Below, one piece after another: positions 9,134 through 20,210 of a stretch of 64,000 bases of DNA; the stretch's first letter is position 1, and each line of letters begins with the position of its first letter. The position numbers were made by a program, and so were the translations under genes. This stretch comes from an uncultured virus (IMG/VR IMGVR_UViG_651053023_000007) (lineage: Duplodnaviria; Heunggongvirae; Uroviricota; Caudoviricetes). Location of the stretch: IMG/VR virus record IMGVR_UViG_651053023_000007, one strand, 5' to 3'. The notes below the pieces were generated by a model, which worked only from the letters and a program-made list of their open reading frames with translations, was not told where the DNA came from and did no database searches.

Positions 9134-9532
9134 ATGATGGAAAAAACAGAAAGCAAACCGATTGTAATTGGTGCTGATGCTGCTCCGTTTAAGTTTGAGT
9201 TGTCTCAACTGGTGGAGATGCGCATCAGTGATGAATGGGGTGAGGTTAAAGCCCGCGCGCAGTATGCGGATGGCGAAAACCAGTACTTGATCCACTACAA
9301 AGCAGCTGATGGTCGCGCCACGACGGAGTGGTTTGGTGAGTCAATGCTGGAAGCAACAGAAGATGATCGTCATCCTGGTTGTCCGGTATTTGCCTGCATG
9401 AAATTGCCGGAAGGCGCAGTAGTTGAACTGCAGCCGGGTGAGATGTTCGTGATGACAGACATCATTGATGGTAAACCGCAGTATTCGCGTATTGAAATGA
9501 ATGGTAAGAGTGCTCGCCTGATTCGTGAGTAA
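9134..9532 (+). CDS. Hypothetical phage protein
   Basis: AGGAG SD, 132 aa. Confidence 0.7.
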   Translation: MMEKTESKPIVIGADAAPFKFELSQLVEMRISDEWGEVKARAQYADGENQYLIHYKAADGRATTEWFGESMLEATEDDRHPGCPVFACMKLPEGAVVELQPGEMFVMTDIIDGKPQYSRIEMNGKSARLIRE

Positions 9533-9617
9533 CAGGCATTACAGCAGCCCTTCTGTGTGAGGGGTTGCGATAATGCAGGTGTTAGAGCGTGTAAATGATA
9601 ATTACTCCCATTTCAAC

Positions 9618-9813
9618 GGGTCCTTTCTGGAACCTGAAACACCGAGGGTCTGGGGACGCGCAAAAACGCGCTATTTATGAAAATTTTCAGGGAAAAAGCA
9701 GATCCGTTCTTCTTCTGGCTAACCTGTTGTTTAATAGAGTTTTCTTAAAAAAAAGAAAGGATCTGGCAGCGGTGATTTTTCGCTGAAAAAAGCGTTTTGA
9801 GATCCTTTCTTCT
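9618..9813 (+). other. Lambda-type cos region (cosQ, I2, R3/R2/R1)
   Basis: GGGTCCT 9618; CGCTATTTATGAAAATTTTC 9669; GATCC(G/T)TTCTT repeats at 9701, 9751 (inverted), 9801. Confidence 0.8.
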
Positions 9814-9833
9814 TTTTGTGAGGAATATGTGCC

Positions 9834-10382
9834 GTGAAGGTTAACAAAAAGAAACTGGCGGAAATTTTTGAGTGCGATGTCAGAACAATCACTGGCTGGC
9901 AAAGTCAGGGGCTGAGAGTTTTGTCGGGGGGAGGCAAAGGTATCGAAGCCATGTTCAATACTGCAGAAGCCATTGAGTGGTATGCGCAGCGGGAAAAAGA
10001 TATCGAAAACGAAAAGCTCCGCAAAGAACTGGAAGATTTGCGTGCGACTGCAGAATCAGATTTACAACCCGGCACCATTGACTATGAACGCTACCGGTTA
10101 ACCAAAGCACAGGCTGACGCACAGGAGCTGAAAAATGCCCGTGAAGAAGGGCTGGTGCTGGAAACAGAATTGTTTACCTTCATTCTGCAACGTGTGGCAC
10201 AGGAGATTTCGGGGATACTTGTACGTGTGCCGCTGACATTACAGCGTAAATATCCGGATATTTCACCGTCACACCTTGATGTGGTGAAAACTGAAATCGC
10301 GAAAGCCTCCAATGTTGCAGCTAAAGCCGGTGAAAACGTGGGCAGGTGGATTGATGATTTCAGACGCACAGAAGGCAGCTAA
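9834..10382 (+). CDS. nu1: Terminase small subunit, Nu1-like
   Basis: [10 protein letters not shown]...[13 protein letters not shown]. Confidence 0.93.
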   Translation: MKVNKKKLAEIFECDVRTITGWQSQGLRVLSGGGKGIEAMFNTAEAIEWYAQREKDIENEKLRKELEDLRATAESDLQPGTIDYERYRLTKAQADAQELKNAREEGLVLETELFTFILQRVAQEISGILVRVPLTLQRKYPDISPSHLDVVKTEIAKASNVAAKAGENVGRWIDDFRRTEGS

Positions 10383-12270
10383 TGCAGCCGGTGCGATAGC
10401 TACAGGGCTTTTATCTCTCAATATTCCGGTTCCACTGACGACGGTTCAGTGGGCTGATCAACATTATTATCTGCCGAAAGAATCTTCATACACTCCCGGA
10501 CAATGGGAAACCCTGCCGTTTCAGCTTGCCATTATGAACAGCATGGGAAATGACCGGATCCGCACCGTTAATCTGATTAAATCGGCGCGCGTTGGTTACA
10601 CCAAAATGCTGTTGGGGGTGGAGGCTTATTTTATTGAGCATAAATCCCGTAACAGTCTGCTTTTTCAGCCAACAGATTCTGCTGCAGAAGATTTCATGAA
10701 ATCTCATGTTGAGCCAACGATCAGGGATGTTCCTGCATTGCTGGAGCTGGCTCCATGGTTCGGAAGAAAGCACCGCGATAATACACTCACCCTGAAGCGT
10801 TTTTCCTCCGGTGTGGGTTTCTGGTGCCTTGGCGGCGCCGCTGCTAAAAACTACCGTGAAAAATCTGTGGATGTGGTCTGCTATGACGAACTCTCCTCGT
10901 TTGAACCGGATGTGGAAAAAGAAGGTTCGCCGACGCTGCTTGGCGATAAGCGTATCGAAGGCTCGGTATGGCCTAAATCCATACGTGGCTCAACGCCAAA
11001 AATTAAAGGCTCCTGCCAGATTGAGAAAGCCGCAAATGAATCAGCGCATTTCATGCGGTTTTATGTCCCTTGCCCTCATTGCGGGGAGGCCCAGTATCTG
11101 AAGTTTGGCGATGATGCGACGCCATTTGGCCTGAAATGGGAGAAGGGTAAACCGGAAACGGTGTATTACCTGTGTGAACATAATGGCTGTGTGATCCGGC
11201 AGTCGGAACTTGACCAGACCGACGGGCGCTGGATTTGTGACAATACCGGGATGTGGACGCGCGACGGCCTGGCATTTTACAGCGCCGGCGATGAGGAGAT
11301 GCCACCGCCGCGCTCCGTCACTTTCCACATCTGGACGGCGTATAGTCCGTTCACCACCTGGGTACAGATTGTTTATGACTGGCTGGATGCGCTGAAGGAT
11401 CCGAACGGCGTCAAGACGTTTATTAACACCACGCTCGGGGAGCCCTATGAAGAGGCTGTGGCAGAAAAGCTGAGTTTTGAGTTGTTACTGGAAAAGGTCT
11501 GCCACTATGGTGCGCAGGTTCCCCTGCGGGTGGTTTACCTGACCGCCGGGATCGACTCCCAGAAAGATCGCTATGAAATTTATGTCTGGGGCTGGGCTCC
11601 CGGCGAAGAAGCCTTTCTGATTGATAAGCAAATTATCATGGGGCGACCGGAAGACGAGGACACCCTTAAACGTGTTGATACGGTGATCCGGAAAAAATAT
11701 CGTCATGCTGACGGTACTGAAATTTCCATTTCCCGTGTCTGCTGGGATACCGGTGGTATCGACCAGGACATTGTGTATCAGCGTTCAAGGAAACACGGCA
11801 CTTTTTTTGTGCTTCCCATAAAAGGGGCATCGGTGTACGGCAAGCCGGTGATCACCATGCCCAAAAAGCGCAACCAGCGTGGTGTGTTTTTGTGTGAGGT
11901 GGGCTCCGATACCGTCAAGGAAATGCTGTACGCCCGTTTTGCCCTGCCAGTGGTCTCTGCCAGTGAAGCCGCCCCGTACACCTTCCGTTTTCCTGATAAC
12001 CCCGACATTTTTTCGGAAGAAGAGGCGCGTCAGATCGTGGCGGAAGAGCTGGTGGAGAAGGTGGTTAATGGCAGGGTGAAACTGCTGTGGGATAAAAAAG
12101 GGCGACGCAACGAAGCCCTCGACTGCCTGGTATATGCCTATGCTGCCCTGCGTATTTCAGTTCAGCGGTGGCAGCTGGATCTTGAAGCACTGGCCCGTGC
12201 CAGAAGAGATGAGCAGGACGACGATGAGATGAGTCTGGAAGAAATCGCGGCTGCACTGAGTGGAGGATAA
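10354..12270 (+). CDS. Terminase large subunit, gpA-like
   Basis: [19 protein letters not shown]. Confidence 0.95.
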   Translation: MISDAQKAANAAGAIATGLLSLNIPVPLTTVQWADQHYYLPKESSYTPGQWETLPFQLAIMNSMGNDRIRTVNLIKSARVGYTKMLLGVEAYFIEHKSRNSLLFQPTDSAAEDFMKSHVEPTIRDVPALLELAPWFGRKHRDNTLTLKRFSSGVGFWCLGGAAAKNYREKSVDVVCYDELSSFEPDVEKEGSPTLLGDKRIEGSVWPKSIRGSTPKIKGSCQIEKAANESAHFMRFYVPCPHCGEAQYLKFGDDATPFGLKWEKGKPETVYYLCEHNGCVIRQSELDQTDGRWICDNTGMWTRDGLAFYSAGDEEMPPPRSVTFHIWTAYSPFTTWVQIVYDWLDALKDPNGVKTFINTTLGEPYEEAVAEKLSFELLLEKVCHYGAQVPLRVVYLTAGIDSQKDRYEIYVWGWAPGEEAFLIDKQIIMGRPEDEDTLKRVDTVIRKKYRHADGTEISISRVCWDTGGIDQDIVYQRSRKHGTFFVLPIKGASVYGKPVITMPKKRNQRGVFLCEVGSDTVKEMLYARFALPVVSASEAAPYTFRFPDNPDIFSEEEARQIVAEELVEKVVNGRVKLLWDKKGRRNEALDCLVYAYAALRISVQRWQLDLEALARARRDEQDDDEMSLEEIAAALSGG

Positions 12271-12273
12271 AGA

Positions 12274-12483
12274 ATGGTTTATACGCATGAAATGCTTTGT
12301 GATGCCCGCCGGGCATTACATGAACTGATGATCGGACGTGCTGTGGTTTCCGTCAGCAAGGACGGGCGTCAGGTTCAGTATTCGCGGGCGACGATTGGTG
12401 AACTGCGTCAGTATATTGAAGAGCTGGAAAGTGCGCTGGGCGTATCCGGACGGCGTCGCGGCCCGGCAGGAGTGGGGCTGTGA
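12274..12483 (+). CDS. Head-tail joining protein gpW-like
   Basis: ALHELMIGRAVVSV...RRRGPAG. Confidence 0.9.
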   Translation: MVYTHEMLCDARRALHELMIGRAVVSVSKDGRQVQYSRATIGELRQYIEELESALGVSGRRRGPAGVGL

Positions 12484-14050
12484 ACGGGGAACTGGTGGAT
12501 CTTCACGGGCAGCCACTGCGGCAGAGTATGGGGTATTCCGGAGGGGGTACCGGATTTGGCGGGCAGCTTGCGGAATGGCTGCCTGCACCGGAAAGTGCCG
12601 ACGTGGCGCTCTTACCTTCCATTCAGCTGGGTAACGCCCGTGCGGATGATCTGGTCCGCAATAACGGTATTGCCGCAAACGCCGTTGAAATTCATAAAGA
12701 CCATATCGTCGGACACATGTTTCGTCTGAGTTACCGGCCCAACTGGCGCTGGCTGGGGATGTCGGAAGCCGATTCACATGCCTTTATTGAAGATGTGGAG
12801 GCGGCGTGGATGGAATTCTGCGATCCGGTGTTTGGTTCGATGGATGTGGAGGGGCGTCGCTCGTTTACCGAATTTATTCGTGAAGGGGTGGGCGTTCATA
12901 CATTTAACGGTGAAATTTTTGTCCAGCCCGTATGGGATACGGAATCCACGTCATTATTCCGGACGAAATTCAAAACCATCAGCCCGAAACGTGTCAGTAC
13001 ACCCGGTTATGGTACCGGCGATCGTTTTATGCGTGCCGGGGTGGAAATCAACCGGTACGGAAAAGCACTGGCCTACCATGTTCAGGAAGATGACTGGCCC
13101 GGTTACGGTGTCAGCAACTGGACGCGGATTGCGGCGACGCTGCCCTCCGGGCGACCGGGAATGATCCATGTGTTTCAGCCGCAGGAGGACGGACAGACGC
13201 GCGGGGCCAACCAGTTTTATTCTGTCATGGAGCGCCTCAAGATGCTCGACACACTGCAGGCCACGCAACTGCAGTCGGCGGTGGTGCGGGCGATGTATGC
13301 CGCGACGATTGAATCCACGCTGGATTCGGAAAAAGCATTTGAATATATCGCCGGGGTGGGAGATGGCGGTAAAAATCCCCTGAACACCATCATGAAAGGC
13401 TACGCGCGTTATTACGCCACCAATACGGTAAAGCTGGGCGGGGTCCGTATTCCGCATCTTTATCCGGGGGATTCACTGAATCTGCAGACAGCGCAGAATG
13501 CAGATAATGGTTTCTCTGAACTGGAAAAGGCGCTGTTACGTTACATCGCTGCCGGACTGGGGGTGTCCTATGAACAGCTTTCCCGTGATTATTCACAGGT
13601 CAGTTATTCCAGTGCCAGGGCATCCGCCAATGAGTCGTGGCGGTATTTTATGGGCAACGAAAATTTGTGGCCAGTCGACTGGCATCACAGATGTTTGCCT
13701 GCTGGCTGGAGGAAGCACTTATTCGCGGTGTGATCCGCCCGCCGAAATCCCGTTTTTCATTCTGGGAGGCCCGTTCCGGATGGTGTCGTGCCGAGTGGAT
13801 TGGTGCCGGTCGCATGGCGATTGATGGCCTTAAGGAAGTGCAGGAAGCGGTGATGCGTATTGAAGGTGGTTTAAGCACGTATGAGAAAGAGCTGGCCCTG
13901 ATGGGCGATGACTATCAGGAGATTTTCCGCCAGCAACTGCGTGAAAGCCAGGAGCGACAGGCAGCGGGTCTTCCCCGCCCCATCTGGATAAAGGACACGT
14001 TTCAGCAGCAGATCCGACAGACAACGGGAGAAAAAGTCGATGCGTCGTAA
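12480..14050 (+). pseudogene. Lambda-type portal, split by a 1-bp deletion at ~13652
   Basis: Two overlapping ORFs; adding one G gives RYFMGQRKFVASR; possible sequencing error. Confidence 0.85.
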
Positions 14051-15656
14051 TTTATCGCATATTGCCGCCATGGCATTTAATGAGCCGCTTTTACTGGAAC
14101 CCGCCTATGCGCGGGTTTTCTTTTGCGCGCTGGGTAAAGAGATGGGTGCCGGCAGCCTTGCCGTTCCTCAGCAGGCTGTTCAGCTTGATGCTGATGGTAT
14201 GCAACTGGCTGTGACTGACTATATGGCGGGCGGTCAGCGTCCGGCAAAGAGTTACCAGGTGAAGAATGGCATCGCCATTCTTCCGGTGAGCGGCACGCTG
14301 GTGCATAAACTGGGTACCCTGCGGCCTTACTCCGGCATGACTGGCTATGACGGCCTGACGGCCCGCCTTCAGATGGCGGTGAATGATCCGGATGTGCGCG
14401 GCATTTTGCTGGATATCGACAGCCCGGGCGGTCAGGCTGCCGGGGCGTTTGACTGTGCTGACATGATTTACCGTCTGCGGGAACAGAAGCCCGTGTGGGC
14501 GCTGTGTAATGACATGGCCTGTTCAGCCGCCATGTTGCTGGCGGCAGCCTGTACCCGTCGGCTGGTCACGCAGACGGCAAAAATTGGTTCGATTGGCGTG
14601 ATGATGGCGCACACCAGTTACGAGAAACAACTGGCACAGGAAGGGGTGGACATCACGCTGATTTACTCCGGGCAGCATAAGGTTGACGGCAACAGTATTC
14701 AGGCATTGCCGGCAGGTGTGCGTGCAGATTTTCAGCGCCGTATTGATGAGGCCCGCCGGATGTTTGTCGACAAGGTGGCGCTTTATACGGGGCTGAGTTC
14801 AGAGGCGGTGATGAATACCGAGGCTGCCGTTTATGACGGTCAGGCAGGCATTGATGCAGGCCTGGCTGATCAACTGATTAATGCTGCAGATGCCGTTGAA
14901 GTGATGGTTTCTGTACTGAATGACTCTGTTACGAAGGAGAATGCAATGACTGTTAAAAATCTCACCGTTGCTGAAGCGGTGGCCCAGGAAAATCAGCGCG
15001 TGATGGGGACCCTGAATTGTCAGGAGGCGAAAGGGCGCGAGCAACTGGCGCAAATGCTGGCAGGTCAGCCAGGAATGACGGTTGAGCAGGCGAAAACGTT
15101 GCTTGCAGCTGCGCCGGTTGCCGGTACTGACAGCACGGGCGATCAGATTATGGGGCTGCCGGAAGCAAAGGGGCGTGAGCAACTGGCACAGATGCTGGCA
15201 GGTCAGCCGGGGATGACGGTGGAGCAGGCGAAAGCGTTTCTGGCGGCAGCCCCTGCTGCTGGTGCTGCAGGCACAGGCGATCAGATTATGGCGTTACCGG
15301 AAGCAAAAGGGCGTGAACAACTCGCGCAGGCGCTGGCTGAACAGCCGGGAATGACCGTTGACCAGGCCAAAACGTTACTGGCGGCGGCACCGGTTGCTGG
15401 TTCTGCAAGTGTCGGCGATCAGATTATGGCGCTGCCGGAGGCAAAAGGGCGCGAGCAACTTGCACAGGCACTGACAGAACAACCGGGAATGACGGTGGCG
15501 CAGGCGAAAACGCTGCTGGCAGCCGCGCCGGCGGCATCGCAACCGTCACAGGAAACACTTTTTGATCGCTTTATGGCACAGCATGCTGCCAGTGCGGTTT
15601 CCGGTGGCGGAACTGCCGGGCGCGGTGAGGAAGACCTGCTGATGAGTATGCCGTAA
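14040..15656 (+). CDS. S49 head maturation protease gpC-like with C-terminal scaffold
   Basis: LLDIDSPGG, ACSAA, GSIGV. Confidence 0.93.
   Translation: MRRNLSHIAAMAFNEPLLLEPAYARVFFCALGKEMGAGSLAVPQQAVQLDADGMQLAVTDYMAGGQRPAKSYQVKNGIAILPVSGTLVHKLGTLRPYSGMTGYDGLTARLQMAVNDPDVRGILLDIDSPGGQAAGAFDCADMIYRLREQKPVWALCNDMACSAAMLLAAACTRRLVTQTAKIGSIGVMMAHTSYEKQLAQEGVDITLIYSGQHKVDGNSIQALPAGVRADFQRRIDEARRMFVDKVALYTGLSSEAVMNTEAAVYDGQAGIDAGLADQLINAADAVEVMVSVLNDSVTKENAMTVKNLTVAEAVAQENQRVMGTLNCQEAKGREQLAQMLAGQPGMTVEQAKTLLAAAPVAGTDSTGDQIMGLPEAKGREQLAQMLAGQPGMTVEQAKAFLAAAPAAGAAGTGDQIMALPEAKGREQLAQALAEQPGMTVDQAKTLLAAAPVAGSASVGDQIMALPEAKGREQLAQALTEQPGMTVAQAKTLLAAAPAASQPSQETLFDRFMAQHAASAVSGGGTAGRGEEDLLMSMP
14946..15656 (+). 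CDS. Nested scaffold (Nu3-like)
   Basis: In-frame ATG after AAGGAG SD. Confidence 0.7.
   Translation: MTVKNLTVAEAVAQENQRVMGTLNCQEAKGREQLAQMLAGQPGMTVEQAKTLLAAAPVAGTDSTGDQIMGLPEAKGREQLAQMLAGQPGMTVEQAKAFLAAAPAAGAAGTGDQIMALPEAKGREQLAQALAEQPGMTVDQAKTLLAAAPVAGSASVGDQIMALPEAKGREQLAQALTEQPGMTVAQAKTLLAAAPAASQPSQETLFDRFMAQHAASAVSGGGTAGRGEEDLLMSMP
14995..15535 (+). repeat. Four tandem 138-bp (46-aa) repeats
   Basis: GATCAGATTATG at 15141, 15279, 15417; EAKGREQLAQ...PGMTV unit x4. Confidence 0.9.
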
Positions 15657-15694
15657 GCGATATCCGGAATTCAGATAAATCAGGAGGCTGAAAA

Positions 15695-16030
15695 ATGATT
15701 AAAACCACCACGGAAAAGCGTGCAGATGCGCGCATTTTTGCCGGAAGCGATCCGGCGCATACCGCAACAGCCACCAGTGGTATCAGTGCTGCCACACCTG
15801 CACTGACGCCACTGATGGTGGATGACGCCACCGGAAAACTGGTTGTCTGGGATGGTCAGAAAGCCGGAACGGCTGTGGGTGTGCTGGCTCTGGCGCTTGC
15901 CGGGACCGAGCCCATGCTGACGTACTACAAAAGCGGTACGTTTGCCACTGAGTCGCTGGTCTGGCCTGGTTCGGTGGATGCGGTGAAAAAAGCCAACGCA
16001 TTTGTGGGAAGTGCCATCAGCCACGCCTGA
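15695..16030 (+). CDS. Head decoration protein gpD-like
   Basis: GSDPAHTA...YYKSGTF. Confidence 0.9.
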   Translation: MIKTTTEKRADARIFAGSDPAHTATATSGISAATPALTPLMVDDATGKLVVWDGQKAGTAVGVLALALAGTEPMLTYYKSGTFATESLVWPGSVDAVKKANAFVGSAISHA

Positions 16031-16099
16031 TGGTGAAGTGATTAACTGAAAAAACGGGTCGCGATGCGGCCCGTTTGTGTTTCTGAAGGAATATAAATT

Positions 16100-17128
16100 A
16101 TGGGGTTATTTACCACGCGTCAGTTACTCGGGTACACCGAGCAGAAAGTGAAATTTCGTGCGCTGTTTCTTGAGCTGTTCTTTCGTCGCACGATCACTTT
16201 CCATACTCAGGAAGTCATGCTGGATAAAATTACCGGCAAAACACCGGTTGCGGCGTATGTGTCTCCGGTGGTGTCAGGCAAAGTGCTGCGCAGCCGTGGT
16301 GGTGAAACCCGCGTGTTACGTCCCGGTTATGTAAAACCAAAACACCGCTTTGATTATCAGCAGGCTGTAGAACGTCTTCCGGGGGAAGATCCGGCCCGCC
16401 TTAATGACCCGGCTTACCGCCGTCTGCGTATTCTGACGGACAACCTGAAACAGGAAGAGCAGGCGATTGTGCAGGTGGAAGAAATGCAGGCAGTCAGTGC
16501 TGTTCTGCAGGGTAAATACACTATGAGCGGCGAGCAGTTTGAGACGGTGGAAGTGGATTTTGGGCGTTCTGCCGCCAATAACATTACGCAGGCTGGCGGA
16601 CGCGAATGGTCAAAGCAGAATGCTGACACCTTTGAGCCGACGCATGATCTTGATGCGTACTGCGATTTTGCTTCCGGTACCATCAATATCGCGATTATGG
16701 ACGGCACGGTCTGGCGTATGCTGAACGGTTTTAAACTGTTCCGTGAAAAACTGGATACCCGCCGTGGCTCCAAATCTGAGCTGGAAACCGCACTGAAAGA
16801 CCTGGGTTCCGTGGTTTCCTTTAAGGGCTGGTACGGCGATCTGGCTGTCGTGGTGGCGAAGACAACGTATGTTGACGAAAACGGGGATGAACAGCGTTAT
16901 CTGCCGGAAGGTACACTGATTCTGGGAAACACTCAGGCGGAGGGCGTCCGTTGCTATGGCGCAATCCAGGATAATCAGGCGCTGAGTGAAGGGATCACCT
17001 CTGCGATTCGTTATCCGAAACACTGGGAGGAAGTGGGGGATCCTGGTTGCGAATATACAATGACGCAGTCTGCGCCGTTGATGGTGCTGCCGGATCCGGA
17101 TGCGTTTGTGGTGGTTCAGGTGAAATAA
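16100..17128 (+). CDS. Major capsid protein gpE-like
   Basis: LFLELFF, PGYVKPKH, TMTQSAPLMV. Confidence 0.95.
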   Translation: MGLFTTRQLLGYTEQKVKFRALFLELFFRRTITFHTQEVMLDKITGKTPVAAYVSPVVSGKVLRSRGGETRVLRPGYVKPKHRFDYQQAVERLPGEDPARLNDPAYRRLRILTDNLKQEEQAIVQVEEMQAVSAVLQGKYTMSGEQFETVEVDFGRSAANNITQAGGREWSKQNADTFEPTHDLDAYCDFASGTINIAIMDGTVWRMLNGFKLFREKLDTRRGSKSELETALKDLGSVVSFKGWYGDLAVVVAKTTYVDENGDEQRYLPEGTLILGNTQAEGVRCYGAIQDNQALSEGITSAIRYPKHWEEVGDPGCEYTMTQSAPLMVLPDPDAFVVVQVK

Positions 17129-17132
17129 GACA

Positions 17133-17156
17133 GGGCGGGATATTCCCGCCTTTTTC
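17133..17156 (+). terminator. Intrinsic terminator
   Basis: GGCGGGA-TAT-TCCCGCC plus T run. Confidence 0.7.
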
Positions 17157-17178
17157 TTTAGCGCACGGGAGAGATGTG

Positions 17179-17544
17179 ATGACAAAAGAGCAGATGACTG
17201 AACGTTTGCAGGAACTGGCAGTGATTCTGGGGCGTGAAGCAGATATTTCAGGTTCAAAAGCCGATCTTGAGCAGCGTCTGGCGGAATGGGAGGAGGAGGC
17301 CGCTGGATTCGATGGGGAGGAGACGGGGAAGGAAGAGGTGGGCAACGATGCATCCGGCGACGGAATGCATTCTGAGCAGGGACTCGCCCGGGTGCGTATG
17401 CTGAAAACGGCGCATATGCCAGCCTGTGATGCTGTGACGGGAAAAATGTTGATGTTTGCCCGGGCCTCCAGTGTTGTGCTGGTTAATGAAGCCACAGTTC
17501 CCGCGTTGCTGGCAGACGGTCTGGCAGAAAAAATCCGGGAGTGA
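17179..17544 (+). CDS. DNA packaging protein gpFI-like
   Basis: MTKEQ...LGREADISGSKADLEQRLAEWEEE. Confidence 0.85.
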   Translation: MTKEQMTERLQELAVILGREADISGSKADLEQRLAEWEEEAAGFDGEETGKEEVGNDASGDGMHSEQGLARVRMLKTAHMPACDAVTGKMLMFARASSVVLVNEATVPALLADGLAEKIRE

Positions 17545-17948
17545 TGATGTTCGATAATCTGTTCGATCAGGCCATGAGTGATGCGGATGACATCATCCTG
17601 GATACGATGGGGACGGAAATCAGCATATATCCGGGCGGCACGGAAAGAAAAATCCGTGCCGTTTTTGATGCCCCGGCAGATAACACCGGGATGAACACTG
17701 GCAGCGGCGAAATTCGTGATACTGCGCCCGTGTTATTTACCCGGAGCGCATGGGCCGCCGGTCTGAAAAAATATGACAGGGTCATGATCCACGGCGAACC
17801 CTATCAGGTAGTCGATCCCGGCTGGGATGAGTCAGGCGCTGCGGGTCAGGGGGTGATTACCATCACCCTTGCGCGTGGAGAGCCCGGGAGAAATACACCT
17901 GCTGCACCGGAACGACCGAGTAAACGTTATGGCAGTCAGAGAGCATGA
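17541..17948 (+). CDS. Head-tail adaptor gpFII-like
   Basis: FDNLFDQAMSDAD; synteny. Confidence 0.8.
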   Translation: MMMFDNLFDQAMSDADDIILDTMGTEISIYPGGTERKIRAVFDAPADNTGMNTGSGEIRDTAPVLFTRSAWAAGLKKYDRVMIHGEPYQVVDPGWDESGAAGQGVITITLARGEPGRNTPAAPERPSKRYGSQRA

Positions 17949-18650
17949 ACGAAGCAGTGCCCGGCAGCGACGGCTGGCACGAAACCTCGTTGTCGATATT
18001 GATGAAGATGAGGTGCTGAAAATTATCGCTAAACTGGGTGGGTCAAAAAGTCAGATCCGTAAAGCCTGGGCGTGGCGCTGAAAAGAGCCGCGTCTGCACT
18101 GCGGATGAAGGCCCTGGCAGAGTTTAAAAAACAGGTTGCGCCACGCAGTCAGAAAATGATCAAAAAGCGTGTTCTGCATAATTTTATCATTCGTCGTAAC
18201 GGTGATGAGTTTGATGAGGCGAAGGTATGGTTCGGTCTGAACGCCATCAAAGTACGCGATCTGCGCGGACGCATCAGTGGGGGACGACGCGGCGAACGCC
18301 ATCAGTTGCGCGATGAGCGGGGGCGTTTTGCACCAGCTTCCAGCCGCAGGAAGGCTCGGGAGATCAGTTTTAAACCTGCCGGGGAATCCCTGCCTGTCAC
18401 CACCTGGTCAACGGATGATGCCTTTATCAACCAGTTCGAAGCGGAAAATCGTAACGGACGTATATCAAAAAGGAAAACGATACTGATCCGACAGGCATCC
18501 GGACGACGGAGGGTGCGTGAAGCGGAAATTGATATTTATGAAGCCATGCTGAACCGTATAGAGGATTTTGTTTTTCCGGATGCGGAAGCACTGATCCTGA
18601 AAAATTTTGAGCATGAACTGAAATTCCGGGTATTTAAGGGGCTGGAGTGA
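17929..18650 (+). pseudogene. Neck/tail completion protein, 1-bp deletion at ~18068
   Basis: Adding one G joins KAWG-VALKRA; possible sequencing error. Confidence 0.65.
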
Positions 18651-19213
18651 TGGAGCCATTGATGATGGGCGCCTGGCATCAGGCGGTGATTGACAGTCTG
18701 AAACAAATTCCCTGGGTGGAAGATGCCGATGAGTATCCGGAAAAAGTGACGCAACTGGTGACGCCTGCCGTGTTTGTGGATGTACCGGGCTGGGACAAGG
18801 CTCAGTTTGCCGACGGGCAGACGCGGGTCACGCTGAAATGTGATCTGTTTGTGGTGACAGACCGGGCCGGGAAGACGGAAAACGTGCCAAAACCGCAGAT
18901 TTTTGCCCGTTGTCTGGCGATGGATTTATCTGACTGGATTGAGGGGGCCACGTTCGGGCTGGATAACGTTGATCCGGCTGTTTTTATTGATGCTGAGGTG
19001 GATACCTTCGACCGGCTTCTGGATGACTACATCGTTTTCCGCGTTTCTTTTGAACAGGATATTCCTGTCGGAGAAGATCCGTTCGAGGTTCCGGCTGGTG
19101 CGCCTTTACAGGAAGTCTGGCTGGGGAAAGCTCCGGAAACCGGCAAGAAACATGAGCGGGATTATCGTCTTATCTGGAAAACAGAGGGCACCGGTGATGA
19201 GTCTGGCAGATGA
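18647..19213 (+). CDS. Putative tail terminator
   Basis: Acidic; synteny. Confidence 0.6.
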   Translation: MMEPLMMGAWHQAVIDSLKQIPWVEDADEYPEKVTQLVTPAVFVDVPGWDKAQFADGQTRVTLKCDLFVVTDRAGKTENVPKPQIFARCLAMDLSDWIEGATFGLDNVDPAVFIDAEVDTFDRLLDDYIVFRVSFEQDIPVGEDPFEVPAGAPLQEVWLGKAPETGKKHERDYRLIWKTEGTGDESGR

Positions 19214-19820
19214 AGTGGCAGAGTTACGCCGCAGGGTGGCGGACATGGTCCGTCGCGGCGTGGTGGACGAGGTGATCCCGGGTAGCCCGGTGATGGTTCG
19301 GGTGGATATCGGGGATGTGCTTTCGCCTCCGTTGCCCTGGATTCAGGTACAGTCCGGGCGCTACATGCAGGTCAGTAATTACCCGGCTCCCGGAGATGCC
19401 GTTACAGTGATATCGGAGGCGGGCGATTTGCGTAACGGTCGGGTGTATCCGGGGGCCAATATTGACGCCATTCCTGTCCCTGAGGGCAGTGAATACGAAC
19501 ATGTTATTTTGTTTGATACCGGAACGGAAATCCGTTACGACCGTCAGGCTAATGCCCTGTCCATCACGCTGGCTGAAGGCGGCAGCTATAAAATTACCGG
19601 CAGGGGAACCCTGGACGGTCCGGTAGAAATCACAGATACCCTGACCGTACAGGGTAAAGCAACCATGAATGCTGAGGCGGTGGTTAAGGCGGATCTGATG
19701 GTCGGTGGTGAGGTTTCTGATTATCACGGAACGATGAGTCAAATCAGAATTGTCTATAACGGTCACAATCACCGGGGCGACAGTGGTGGCAGCACCGGAC
19801 AGCCTGGTCAGCAAATGTAA
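19197..19820 (+). CDS. Baseplate spike gpV-like
   Basis: VRRGVV, C-terminal YNGHNH. Confidence 0.88.
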   Translation: MSLADEVAELRRRVADMVRRGVVDEVIPGSPVMVRVDIGDVLSPPLPWIQVQSGRYMQVSNYPAPGDAVTVISEAGDLRNGRVYPGANIDAIPVPEGSEYEHVILFDTGTEIRYDRQANALSITLAEGGSYKITGRGTLDGPVEITDTLTVQGKATMNAEAVVKADLMVGGEVSDYHGTMSQIRIVYNGHNHRGDSGGSTGQPGQQM

Positions 19821-19853
19821 TCTCCTTTCAGTTCTTTTTCCGGAATAAACAAC

Positions 19854-20210
19854 ATGATTGGTATTGATTCAGCCACCGGCAGATATCTGCACGGTAACGA
19901 ACATCTGCGCCAGTCCGTCACTGATATTTTGTCAACACCGGCCGGCAGCCGGGTCCTGCTCAGGGAATACGGCAGCAGACTTTTCAGTCTGCTTGATAAC
20001 CCACAGGATGATTTCACGCGGGTGAGAATTGTTCGCGAAACGGTAACCGCCCTTGAACGCTGGGAACCCCGCCTGACTCTCCGGCGGGTGGAAGTGACGT
20101 GGACAGGAGAAGGAAGCGCGTGGCTGACGCTTGTCGGGGTGAATAACGAAACTCAGGATACGATTCGACTCGAGGAGATAAAAATTGGCAACGTCTCAGG
20201 CAATTATTGA
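19854..20210 (+). CDS. Baseplate gpW/gp25-like
   Basis: HLRQSVTDILSTP.GSR, WEPR. Confidence 0.9.
   Translation: MIGIDSATGRYLHGNEHLRQSVTDILSTPAGSRVLLREYGSRLFSLLDNPQDDFTRVRIVRETVTALERWEPRLTLRRVEVTWTGEGSAWLTLVGVNNETQDTIRLEEIKIGNVSGNY

Noticed and set aside
13650..13656. Portal split as programmed recoding or true decay
   Set aside because: Single G missing in a short run; the same pattern at ~18068, ~30177 and perhaps 59041 suggests long-read error, so it needs resequencing
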